DNA of 64,000 nucleotides from Candidatus Gastranaerophilales bacterium (lineage in GTDB: Bacteria > Cyanobacteriota > Vampirovibrionia > Gastranaerophilales > Gastranaerophilaceae). Of this stretch, positions 55,499 to 64,000 are shown in pieces. The DNA lies in contig CAAFYU010000005.1 in assembly GCA_900767135.1 (NCBI GenBank), forward strand, positions 18,371-82,370, given 5' to 3'. The translations under genes were made by a program, and so were the position numbers. The notes under the pieces are model-generated. The model saw only the letters and a program-made list of their open reading frames with translations, searched no databases and was not told where the DNA came from. Every line of letters begins with the position of its first letter. Positions within the stretch are counted from its first letter, which is position 1.

Positions 55499-56503
55499 CT
55501 ATAATTTGTCAACAGCACTTAAAATCTCATCTATTGTTGTTGTTGCACAACCAAACTGTCTAACAACGATACTTGCGGCAATGTTTCCGATAATCGCAGC
55601 ATAAGAAGGTTCTGCACCACATGCCAACGCAAGTGTATAAACAGCAGTAACAGTGTCACCGGCACCTGTAACATCAAAAACTTCTGACTTGTTGAATACA
55701 GGAATTTTGGTATAATTTCCATGAGCCCTTGCAACAAACATTCCATCTGCCCCACAAGTTATAAGAACAGATTTTGCATTCGTTTCAGCAAGCAATTTGT
55801 CGCCGGCACGTTTCAAATCTTCCTCATTTTCAATAAAAAATCCGACAGATTTTTGAGTATCCGGAAGGTTCGGCGTCATTGACGTAACGTTTTTATAAAC
55901 CTCTAATTCCTTTTGAGCATCAACCACAACAACTTTGTTGTATTGATTTGCAAGTCTTATTGTTTCTTGAATAATTTTAGGAGTTAAAGTGCCGATGTGG
56001 TAATTTGAAAGAATTATCGCATCATGTTCAGGAATAGCTCTTTCAATTTGTTTCAAAACTTCTTCTTCTATTTCAGGGCTCAAAAGTTCGTTAGTTTGCC
56101 TGTCAATTCTAACAATCTGCTGAGTTATAGAAGTTGTAATTGAACCTGAAATCCTTGTTTTAGTAGTTGTTTTTCTTGAAGGGTCAACGACCAAAAGTCC
56201 ACAATTAACGTTTGCTTCTTCAAATGTTTCACGAAGTTGAGTTGCTTGAAAATCGTCCCCGCAAACCCCGATTACGCTAACTTTTCCACCATTAAGGGTT
56301 GAAACGTTATGAGCTGCGTTTGATGCAGCACCTAAAATTAATTTTGTATTTGAGTGACGCAAAATTAGAACGGGAGCTTCTCTTGAAATTCTTTCAGCAT
56401 CGCCGTATATCATTTCATCTATTGCTAAATCACCAATTACCAAAACTCTTGGTTCACTCAATTTTTTTATATGAGAAATCAATTGTTCTTTATTTATATA
56501 CAT
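55499..56503 (-). CDS. D-glycero-beta-D-manno-heptose-7-phosphate kinase (HldE domain I / RfaE-I; PfkB family), stand-alone
   Basis: PfkB motifs (VLVIGDLAIDEMIYGDAERISREAPVL; DVTGAGDT). 334 aa with no fused adenylyltransferase domain. Confidence 0.7.
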   Translation of the reverse strand: MYINKEQLISHIKKLSEPRVLVIGDLAIDEMIYGDAERISREAPVLILRHSNTKLILGAASNAAHNVSTLNGGKVSVIGVCGDDFQATQLRETFEEANVNCGLLVVDPSRKTTTKTRISGSITTSITQQIVRIDRQTNELLSPEIEEEVLKQIERAIPEHDAIILSNYHIGTLTPKIIQETIRLANQYNKVVVVDAQKELEVYKNVTSMTPNLPDTQKSVGFFIENEEDLKRAGDKLLAETNAKSVLITCGADGMFVARAHGNYTKIPVFNKSEVFDVTGAGDTVTAVYTLALACGAEPSYAAIIGNIAASIVVRQFGCATTTIDEILSAVDKL

Positions 56504-56588
56504 AAAATAATCCTCTCGTGTATATTAACACAAATAAAAATTTTATCAAAATTAAAAAAATATCTTGTACTGTAAAGTTTTTTGAATT

Positions 56589-57122
56589 ATGATAGCAAAA
56601 AAAATTTTTACAAGCTTTATAATAGCATCGAAAGGTAAAAAAATGATTACAGCAATTAAAAACAACTATTTTACAAACTTCACAACTCCTAATAAACTAG
56701 GCGTTTCTACTCAAAACAAAAATAACAAAGTTAACTTCAATTATGCGACAGACAGCGTTTCTTTTTCAGGAAGTGCAAAAGCAGCCGCAAAATTATCAGA
56801 AGCAAGTACAGAATTAGTGCAAAAATTTGCAAAAGAATTGAAATTGAACAAATTATATAAAATAGACAATCCTACGGAGCAAATAAGGCTTGCGTCTGTT
56901 GCAAATCCGAAAGCTCCGGAAGAACGTTCTCTTTTTATTCAATATTCAGCATATTCAAAAAATAATTCTGCAAAATACCTAATGTTTTCTGTTAACAACG
57001 CAGGCGAAGTCTATGAAAGTGGCAACAAACTCAAAGAGTCAAAAGATTTAGCCCTTTACGAAAACATTTTGCCAAAATTAATAAACATGGCATCAAAAGA
57101 ATTTCATATGAATTTGAAATAA
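56589..57122 (+). CDS. Hypothetical protein
   Basis: 177 aa ORF, Lys/Asn-rich. Confidence 0.4.
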   Translation: MIAKKIFTSFIIASKGKKMITAIKNNYFTNFTTPNKLGVSTQNKNNKVNFNYATDSVSFSGSAKAAAKLSEASTELVQKFAKELKLNKLYKIDNPTEQIRLASVANPKAPEERSLFIQYSAYSKNNSAKYLMFSVNNAGEVYESGNKLKESKDLALYENILPKLINMASKEFHMNLK

Positions 57123-57140
57123 ATAAAAACAAAACTCAAA

Positions 57141-57875
57141 CTAAATATGTCTTGACGTCGGGTGTAAAATCATCTGTGCAAGTTTATCCGCTCCGTCAAA
57201 AGTTCTGCTTTGCATAATTTTTGCAGCTTCTTCTCTATTATAGTCAAGCAGTCTGTGTTCCAGCGTAAATTCGCCATTATTAAATTCAGCAATACAATAA
57301 CAAGATTTTGCATCTGGCGTCATTGGACGTCCAACACTACCCACATTTACAACTGTTTGCTTTTTAGTCGTTTGATAACCAGCCGGAACATGCGTGTGTC
57401 CGCAAAAAATTAAATCTGCATCAGTACCTTCAATTATTTCTTCAATTTTTTCCAATGGCATATCTGGTAAAATATCTTCGTTGTTTCGCCTTGGAGAACC
57501 ATGAACAAGTAGAACTTTTACCCCATCAACATTTAATTCTTTTTGAGGCGAAAGATTTTTAAGAAAATTCTTCGCATCGTCACTTAAAAACAAAACATCA
57601 TCTGCAAGAGCATGCCCCATTACAGGAAATGATTTTTCTGTGTTTTTAAGAATTTCTGGCGTAAAATCTGCAATCATCTTATCGGTATTACCCTGAATTA
57701 CAGTCCAGTTGGGTTGTTTTTCCACAAAATCAATAACTTTTTGAGGTTCAGGCCCAGCCATTGCCAAATCTCCAAGACAAAAAACTTTATCACAACCATT
57801 AGCTTTTATATCCTCTAAAACTCTTTCCAATGCCTGCATATTTCCATGTATATCCGATAAAACTGCAATTTTCAT
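57141..57875 (-). CDS. Metallophosphoesterase (YfcE/MJ0936-like phosphodiesterase)
   Basis: MKIAVLSDIHGN, GDLAMAGPEP, LVHGSP and GHTHVP motifs. Start set at the ATG after AAAGGAGAG; the track ORF starts at 57971. Confidence 0.75.
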   Translation of the reverse strand: MKIAVLSDIHGNMQALERVLEDIKANGCDKVFCLGDLAMAGPEPQKVIDFVEKQPNWTVIQGNTDKMIADFTPEILKNTEKSFPVMGHALADDVLFLSDDAKNFLKNLSPQKELNVDGVKVLLVHGSPRRNNEDILPDMPLEKIEEIIEGTDADLIFCGHTHVPAGYQTTKKQTVVNVGSVGRPMTPDAKSCYCIAEFNNGEFTLEHRLLDYNREEAAKIMQSRTFDGADKLAQMILHPTSRHI

Positions 57876-57907
57876 GTCAACTCTCCTTTTTGTGATATCA
57901 TTATAAT

Positions 57908-58963
57908 ATGATAAAAAGAAGAAAATCAAAACAAATTTCAATTGGAAATGTAAAAATCGGTGGAGATGCACCGATTAGTGTTCAATCAATGTGTAACACA
58001 GATACAAGAGATGTAGAGGCAACTTTAAATCAAATCAATGAACTTGCTGCCAAAGGGTGTGAACTCGTGCGTCTTGCGGTCTTAAATCAAGAAGCAGCTG
58101 ACGCTATAAAAGATATTGTAAAAAAATCACCGGTTCCTTTGATTGCAGATATTCACTTTGACTACAAACTTGCGATAAAATGTATTAATAACGGGATAAA
58201 CGCTTTACGCCTAAACCCAGGAAATATCGGAAAACGCGAAAATGTAGAGAAAGTTGTTACACTTGCAAAACAACAACAAATCCCAATCCGAATAGGCGTA
58301 AATGCAGGATCACTTGAAAAAGACTTGTTGAACAAAGATATTCCACTATCCGAAAAAATGGTTTTGAGTGCACTCGGACACATCAAAATTCTTGAAGATT
58401 TGGACTTTGATTTAATAAAAGTTTCACTTAAATCATCTGATGTTTTGACAACAATTGAAGCTTACCGTTCAATTGCCGAAAAAATCCAATACCCACTACA
58501 TTTGGGGGTAACAGAGGCAGGAACACTTCGTGGTGGCTTAATCAAATCATCTGTCGGCTTAGGGACTCTTCTTGCAGAAGGTATCGGCGACACAATTCGA
58601 GTTTCTTTGACAGAAAGCCCTGTTGAAGAAGTTTCAGCTGGTTTTGATATCCTAAAAAGTTTGGGGCTTAGAGAACGCGGTGTAAACTTTGTTTCTTGCC
58701 CAACTTGCGGAAGAACTCAAATAGATTTAATCGGACTTGCTAAAAAAGTTGAAGAGAGATTTAAAGATTTTGACAAACCGATTACAATTGCAACAATGGG
58801 CTGTGCAGTAAATGGCCCCGGAGAAGCAAGACACGCTGATTTTGGAATTGCAGGCGGTGTAAACGAAGGTATAGTTTTCAAAAAAGGTGAAATTATTGCC
58901 AAAGTTCCGGAAAAAGATTTGCTTACAAAACTGGAAGAAATCATACGAAAATCATACGAATAG
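57908..58963 (+). CDS. ispG: 4-hydroxy-3-methylbut-2-en-1-yl diphosphate synthase (GcpE/IspG)
   Basis: IGNVKIGGDAPISVQSM N-terminus. C-terminal Cys triad CPTCGRT...C for the 4Fe-4S cluster. Confidence 0.9.
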   Translation: MIKRRKSKQISIGNVKIGGDAPISVQSMCNTDTRDVEATLNQINELAAKGCELVRLAVLNQEAADAIKDIVKKSPVPLIADIHFDYKLAIKCINNGINALRLNPGNIGKRENVEKVVTLAKQQQIPIRIGVNAGSLEKDLLNKDIPLSEKMVLSALGHIKILEDLDFDLIKVSLKSSDVLTTIEAYRSIAEKIQYPLHLGVTEAGTLRGGLIKSSVGLGTLLAEGIGDTIRVSLTESPVEEVSAGFDILKSLGLRERGVNFVSCPTCGRTQIDLIGLAKKVEERFKDFDKPITIATMGCAVNGPGEARHADFGIAGGVNEGIVFKKGEIIAKVPEKDLLTKLEEIIRKSYE

Positions 58964-59050
58964 TTTATAGGCAAATTTCTGTAAAGAATTTATAATATTC
59001 TTGTAACTACTAAAAAATATACTATAATAGTTAGTATAATTGAGGTGTAA

Positions 59051-59371
59051 ATGAAAAAGACTTATTTATTAATTTGTTCTATTTTGCTTGTAGCAACTCC
59101 TGCTTTTGCAGAATTAACAACAAGCGATGCCGTAAGCGAAGAATTTCTAAAAAATCATGGATATTCCCCTGCTTTAATTCAAGCAACACATCGTTCAATT
59201 TCACAGGCTAATGGCGAAGAAAATCCAACATATTACGAACACAAAATTTACAAAAAAGGAATTGTACGAGGTGTCAGAAGATTCTTTATGTACCTAGACC
59301 CTGCTTATGACGATCAATCATTCATGAATAACCACAAAATCCACACATCTCCAAACATTGGGGACTTATAA
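59051..59371 (+). CDS. Small secreted hypothetical protein
   Basis: Signal peptide MKKTYLLICSILLVATPAFA. GAGGTG RBS. Confidence 0.45.
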   Translation: MKKTYLLICSILLVATPAFAELTTSDAVSEEFLKNHGYSPALIQATHRSISQANGEENPTYYEHKIYKKGIVRGVRRFFMYLDPAYDDQSFMNNHKIHTSPNIGDL

Positions 59372-59517
59372 TATTAGTAAAAATAAAAAATCGGCAATTC
59401 TTAATTTTAAGTATTGTCGATTTTTTGTTTGTAATATAATATTTTTGGGTTGAGTGCGGATTTTACATCTCTGCAAAAAACTCGGAACAATAAATCTTTA
59501 CAGGACTAGGGAGAAAA

Positions 59518-60141
59518 ATGAATTTATTAAAAAGGATAACAATGGTTGCGGTTCTTTTATCGGTAACTTTACCGGTTTGGGCAGAAAACTTTGAATATGA
59601 CTCTGCGGTTTATCCTAAAATGAATTACAAGCAAATAAAAGATGAGGCCGACAAATCTTTTGAAATGTTTATTAATTCTTCTGAAAACGCCCAAAAGGAA
59701 AAATTTCTTCAAGATGCAATGAGTAAATATTATACACTAACAATGGTAAATGGTGATATGATATTACCTTATGTACAATTGGGAAGGATTTATGACGAAA
59801 CAGACAATTCAAAACTTGCAAAAGAATGTTTTTGCAAAGCTTCTAATATCAGAGCGAAAGACCCTATTTTGAATTTCTATTTCGGTGAATATTATTACAA
59901 AAGACACGAATATGCCCACGCAATTGAGCATTATAAAATTGCAAATGAAGGTGGGTTTTCAAACAAATACGAACTATATATGCGACTTGCAATTACCTAC
60001 GAAAAAATTGCAGATATTGCTAACGCAAAAAAGTTTTACCAGTTATCATACAATATGAGGCCTGATTACATGCTTCGAAGAAAAATGCAGTCATTAGACG
60101 AAGCGGATTTAGACACAAATCCTGTCGATGATGAGGAGTAA
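59518..60141 (+). CDS. Secreted TPR-like protein
   Basis: Signal peptide. TPR-like helices (HAIEHYKIANEGG, AKKFYQLSYNMRPDY). Confidence 0.5.
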   Translation: MNLLKRITMVAVLLSVTLPVWAENFEYDSAVYPKMNYKQIKDEADKSFEMFINSSENAQKEKFLQDAMSKYYTLTMVNGDMILPYVQLGRIYDETDNSKLAKECFCKASNIRAKDPILNFYFGEYYYKRHEYAHAIEHYKIANEGGFSNKYELYMRLAITYEKIADIANAKKFYQLSYNMRPDYMLRRKMQSLDEADLDTNPVDDEE

Positions 60142-60146
60142 GAGAG

Positions 60147-62114
60147 ATGTTTAACAAAAAAAATATAATAATTTCAATTTTAGCAATATTTATAACAGCA
60201 CAAATTGCAACAGCAGACGATGTTTACCCTATCTTGACCGCAAGGCATAAAACAAATACTGAGCAACAAACGCAAGAAAAAATTGAAGACTCTGTTACTC
60301 CAATAAATATGGACGCTTCTGAAATAGTAATTCCGGAAGAAGAACTTTCTCCGGTGTTCAAACCATACCAACCTTCAAAAGGAGAAGTTGTTTTCAGTTA
60401 CACAAAAAATTGGATTAATGCAATTGACCCAACAGCTGTAACAAACAAAGTAGGTGGCTATCTTCCGGGAGCAAGAGGCGTTAATCAACTCGTGATATAT
60501 ACCCCAAATTATGGTATTAGAACAAATACGAATGAATTTGGTGCCGAAGCAGTTGTAGAAGACAATACAGTAACGGAACTTTCAGGAGCTGATTCTTTTA
60601 TTCCGGCAAACGGGATTGTAATTAGTGGACATGGCAAGGCCAAGAACTGGATAAATTCAAGTATTAAAGTCGGAACAAAAATCTACATCGACAAAGAAGC
60701 AAATTTAGTTTATACATACACAACCTCAGAAAGCTACATCTTTGAGTCACAAAAAAAGATTGCAGAAGCAGAACAAATGCTTGAATATTACAGAACAATC
60801 AGTCCGGATTACAACTGGAAAGTTCCATACAGCTACATTAATGATGCAAAAGACTATGTTCGTAAAGCAAGACGTAATCCGGAAGAAGTTCAAAAATACT
60901 CTCAACTCGCAATTGAAGCATCAAACGACGCATTGAAAAGTGTTTTGCCTTACAAAGCAAATGAACTTAAAGGGGTTTGGCTAAGACCTACGGAAAAATC
61001 TGAAACAGAAATTATTGCAACATTAAACAGACTTAAAAATGCAGGAATTGACAATATTTTCTTGGAAACGTATTTTCATGGAAAGACAATTTTCCCAAGC
61101 ACAACAATGGAAGCTTACGGTTTTACCCCGCAAAATGAGCTATTCAGTGGCTTTGACCCTCTTGCAATCTGGGTAAAAGAAGCTCATAAACGAAACATGA
61201 AAATACATACATGGTTTGAAACATTTTATGTAGGAGTACAAAACCCGAATGACTGCCCTCAAAGCATTTTAGGAATGAACCCGTCTTGGGGGAACAAAAT
61301 GAAAAAAGATATCAACTCAGTTGTTCCATCAAAATCAACATCTGAGCATAACGGCTATTTTTTAGATCCCGCAAACCCTTATGTGCAAGACTTTTTGCTA
61401 AAACTTATATCTGAAATAATTTCAACATACAAGCCTGACGGAATTAATATTGATTACATAAGATACCCTAATAGCGTTGCCGTAAACGAAGCCACAAGCT
61501 GGGGATATACCGATTATGCAAGAAACGAATTTAAGTCAATCTATGGAGTTGACCCTGTAACTATTACAAAGGCTGATCCTTTATGGCTTGATTGGTGCAA
61601 TTTTAGACGCGAAAAAGTTTCTGATATGGTGAAAAAAATCGGAGTTTTGGGAAGACAAACAAACACCTACATCAGTGCCGTAATCTTTCCTGACAGACTT
61701 GCTGCACTAACAAACAAACAACAAGACTGGAAAACTTGGTCTACAAGAGGCTATTTAGACGGATTTACACCTCTTTTCTTAACTTGCGATTCTAAAACCG
61801 CAAACAAAATGATGACTGATGTAATTAAGGCAAAATCGCCAAACACAGACTTTTATGCCGGTTTATTCGTAACATTTATGAATGGTTCTGATGAAGACTT
61901 AATCCGACAAATTCATGAAGCGAGAAAATTGAACGCCAAAGGGGTAATTATATTTGATTATGCTCATTTGAACAACAAATATATAAACACCCTTTCTACA
62001 AGTGTATTTTCACAACATTCGCCAATCAAACAGCCTACACAACAGATTACGGCACAACCTAAAATTCAGCCTTCTACAAAAAGAAAAGGCTGGTGGGTGT
62101 TCACAAAAGATTAA
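60147..62114 (+). CDS. Glycoside-hydrolase-like family 10 (GHL10/YngK-like) secreted protein
   Basis: Signal peptide. TIM-barrel-like segment GVWLRP...GIDNIFLETYFHGKTIFPS...KIHTWFETFYVG...DGINIDYIRYPN, typical of GHL10. Confidence 0.6.
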   Translation: MFNKKNIIISILAIFITAQIATADDVYPILTARHKTNTEQQTQEKIEDSVTPINMDASEIVIPEEELSPVFKPYQPSKGEVVFSYTKNWINAIDPTAVTNKVGGYLPGARGVNQLVIYTPNYGIRTNTNEFGAEAVVEDNTVTELSGADSFIPANGIVISGHGKAKNWINSSIKVGTKIYIDKEANLVYTYTTSESYIFESQKKIAEAEQMLEYYRTISPDYNWKVPYSYINDAKDYVRKARRNPEEVQKYSQLAIEASNDALKSVLPYKANELKGVWLRPTEKSETEIIATLNRLKNAGIDNIFLETYFHGKTIFPSTTMEAYGFTPQNELFSGFDPLAIWVKEAHKRNMKIHTWFETFYVGVQNPNDCPQSILGMNPSWGNKMKKDINSVVPSKSTSEHNGYFLDPANPYVQDFLLKLISEIISTYKPDGINIDYIRYPNSVAVNEATSWGYTDYARNEFKSIYGVDPVTITKADPLWLDWCNFRREKVSDMVKKIGVLGRQTNTYISAVIFPDRLAALTNKQQDWKTWSTRGYLDGFTPLFLTCDSKTANKMMTDVIKAKSPNTDFYAGLFVTFMNGSDEDLIRQIHEARKLNAKGVIIFDYAHLNNKYINTLSTSVFSQHSPIKQPTQQITAQPKIQPSTKRKGWWVFTKD

Positions 62115-62217
62115 AGTGTTATATATTTAGCAGAAATTTTTGAAAATTCCTTTATTTCTACTATTTTAATTTTTTGAAAATTGTGTTATCCTTAATACAT
62201 AAGAAGTAGGAGCATCA

Positions 62218-63546
62218 ATGAACAGCACAAACCAATATTTAAAACCACTTACAACAAAAATAAATCCCGACGGAATTTTAGAAATTGGAGGGTGCGATTT
62301 AGTTAAGCTTGTAGAAAAATACGGAACTCCACTGTATGTTTTAGATGAATTTACGCTTCGAAAAATCTGCAAAGACTACAAAGAAGCGTTCAAAGGCTAT
62401 CCGAAAGTCAATATGATGTATGCATCAAAAGCCTTGTGTTCTATGGCAACATCTGCAATTATTGCAAGTGAAGGTTTTGGCTTTGATGTTGTATCGGCTG
62501 GCGAAATCTATACGGTTTATAAAGCCGGAGCTGATATGTCAAAGGTATTGTTTAATGGAAACAACAAGTCTTTTGACGAATTGACTCTTGCTATTGAATT
62601 AGGTGTTGGAAGAATTTCTGTTGACAATTTCTTTGAACTTTCGCTTCTTGATGAAATTGCAAAATCTCATGACAAAACAGTTGATATTTTACTTCGAATT
62701 ACTCCGGGAATTGAATGCCATACCCACGAATACATTCAAACAGGGCATTTAGACTCGAAATTTGGCTTTGATTTAACTCAAATCGACGATGCTGTTGATT
62801 TAATTTTAAATGATTACACAAATCTAAAATTACATGGACTTCACGCTCATATCGGCTCACAAATCTTCGAAACATCGATTTATGGCGACGAAATAGAAAT
62901 TTTAGTAAAAGAAATTGCGAGATTAGACGAAAAATTCAACCTTAAACTCGACGAAATAAACATTGGTGGCGGTTTAGGCGTAAAATATACAGATTCAGAT
63001 TGTCCTCCATCGACTTACACAATAGCAGAAATCGTTATAAAAAGACTTTACGAATGTATTGAAAAATACAAAATTGACGCACCTGCACTGTTTATAGAAC
63101 CTGGGAGAAGTATTATTTCCACAGCAGGCGTAACCCTTTACACGCTTGGAAGTTCAAAACAAGTTCCAAAAGGCAAAAAATATGTTGCAGTAGATGGCGG
63201 AATGGCAGATAATGCAAGACCTTCAATGTATCAGGCAGAATATTTTGCACAAATCGCAAACAAACCGGATTATGAACTTGCAAACACAGTAACTATTGCC
63301 GGACGTTTCTGCGAATCAGGAGATATTTTGATTAAAGAAATAAAGTTACCTGAAATCGAAGAAGGCGATATTCTCTGCGTTTATAACACCGGTGCCTACA
63401 ACTACTCAATGAGCTCAAATTACAACAGAGTGCAAAAACCGGCAATGGTAATTTTAAACGAAGGTCATGCAGATGTTATTATAAAACGAGAAAGCTTAAA
63501 AGATTTGATAGAACACGATGTAATTCCGGATAGGTTGAAGAAATGA
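62218..63546 (+). CDS. lysA: Diaminopimelate decarboxylase
   Basis: Fold-III PLP decarboxylase: YASKA PLP-Lys region, GGGLG, CESGD and EPGR motifs. 442 aa. Confidence 0.9.
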   Translation: MNSTNQYLKPLTTKINPDGILEIGGCDLVKLVEKYGTPLYVLDEFTLRKICKDYKEAFKGYPKVNMMYASKALCSMATSAIIASEGFGFDVVSAGEIYTVYKAGADMSKVLFNGNNKSFDELTLAIELGVGRISVDNFFELSLLDEIAKSHDKTVDILLRITPGIECHTHEYIQTGHLDSKFGFDLTQIDDAVDLILNDYTNLKLHGLHAHIGSQIFETSIYGDEIEILVKEIARLDEKFNLKLDEINIGGGLGVKYTDSDCPPSTYTIAEIVIKRLYECIEKYKIDAPALFIEPGRSIISTAGVTLYTLGSSKQVPKGKKYVAVDGGMADNARPSMYQAEYFAQIANKPDYELANTVTIAGRFCESGDILIKEIKLPEIEEGDILCVYNTGAYNYSMSSNYNRVQKPAMVILNEGHADVIIKRESLKDLIEHDVIPDRLKK

Positions 63547-64000
63547 TAAATGATTTTTTGATGTACATATTAAAATATATTGGCAATTTGGAGTTGTCTT
63601 TTAATTGGTCAGATTTTCTCCAAATACTTTTTATTGCCGGTTTGCTACTATTTTTATACAAAAAATTTATTAAAAATACATCGTCCGAAAAATTTGTCAA
63701 AGGTTTATTAATCCTTGTCTTCACTTGGGTTTTAAGCGAAATATTGATGCGAATAGATTTGAAAATCGTCGGAATGTTTTTAAAATCGGTTGTGACTCTC
63801 GTATCATTGAGTTTAATCGTTATTTTCCAACCTGAGTTGAGAAAATTTTTAGGCTTTTTGGGACAAGTTGATTTTGTGACGAAATTATTTAATTCTAACC
63901 AAAAACAAAACGACAGAAAAATTGACGTTGTAAAAGAATTGATTGAAAGCATAAAATACCTTTCAAAATCTCACACAGGAGCACTCATAGTCTTTCAAAG
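63543..64000 (+). CDS. cdaA: Diadenylate cyclase CdaA (DisA_N domain), 5' portion running off the window
   Basis: N-terminal TM helices followed by the start of the DAC domain (...SKSHTGALIVF...). Start overlaps the lysA stop (ATGA). Confidence 0.7.
   Translation, partial: MINDFLMYILKYIGNLELSFNWSDFLQILFIAGLLLFLYKKFIKNTSSEKFVKGLLILVFTWVLSEILMRIDLKIVGMFLKSVVTLVSLSLIVIFQPELRKFLGFLGQVDFVTKLFNSNQKQNDRKIDVVKELIESIKYLSKSHTGALIVFQ

Noticed and set aside
1-64000. Search for prophage, integrase, transposase or restriction-modification, toxin-antitoxin and other defense-system genes
   Set aside because: No ORF showed integrase, transposase, nuclease-helicase, methyltransferase-REase or typical TA signatures. 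YraN and ComM are conserved housekeeping families. The tRNA-Pro gene has no adjacent integrase or obvious att duplication.

Overview
This 64 kb window is low-GC chromosomal DNA from a diderm bacterium. It is mostly housekeeping and envelope genes, with no integrase, transposase, phage or CRISPR-Cas genes and no other sign of a mobile element. Diderm markers are a BamA–Skp pair, LPS heptose genes (a GT9 heptosyltransferase and an HldE-type heptose kinase) and an O-antigen-ligase-like protein. Fermentative markers are pyruvate phosphate dikinase, an Fe-only alcohol dehydrogenase, FixCX and two Zn-dependent alcohol dehydrogenases. Two cyanobacteria-lineage markers are present: a Ycf45-like R3H AAA ATPase and an RpaB/Ycf27-like orphan OmpR regulator. 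Together these point to a non-photosynthetic Melainabacteria/Vampirovibrionia-like organism; that placement is inference only. Confidently recognised genes are rnhB, PBP1A, rpsP, Fe-ADH, a DeoD/Udp-family phosphorylase, skp, bamA, rsmI, speH, ppdK, ftsZ, nadK, gyrA, comM, split chrA, yraN, queF, fixCX, rsmD, a ClC channel, ispG, lysA, the 5' end of cdaA and tRNA-Pro(CGG).

No canonical defense system, biosynthetic cluster or mobile element was found. The hunt instead turned up four candidates for something new:
1. A soluble FlhA/FHIPEP cytoplasmic-domain protein with no membrane export-gate domain, fused to a DUF4177-like N-terminus and sitting in an operon with bamA and skp.
2. Five tandem copies of a ~63-bp unit lying against the ppdK stop codon.
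3. A dispersed family of intergenic elements made of inverted arrays of a GTGARTR heptamer (three full copies and one half copy), sometimes joined to a GCTAAGC-rich module.
4. A ~45-nt GCTAAGC-rich element starting directly after the stop codons of two genes, which could encode a 5-aa M-(Q/R)-L-S-G peptide.

Several small acidic, EF-hand, Zn-ribbon, LysM, YD-repeat-like and SEC-C proteins of unknown function are also flagged. All protein-family calls rest on motif recognition by eye without database searches and should be confirmed by HMM or BLAST.
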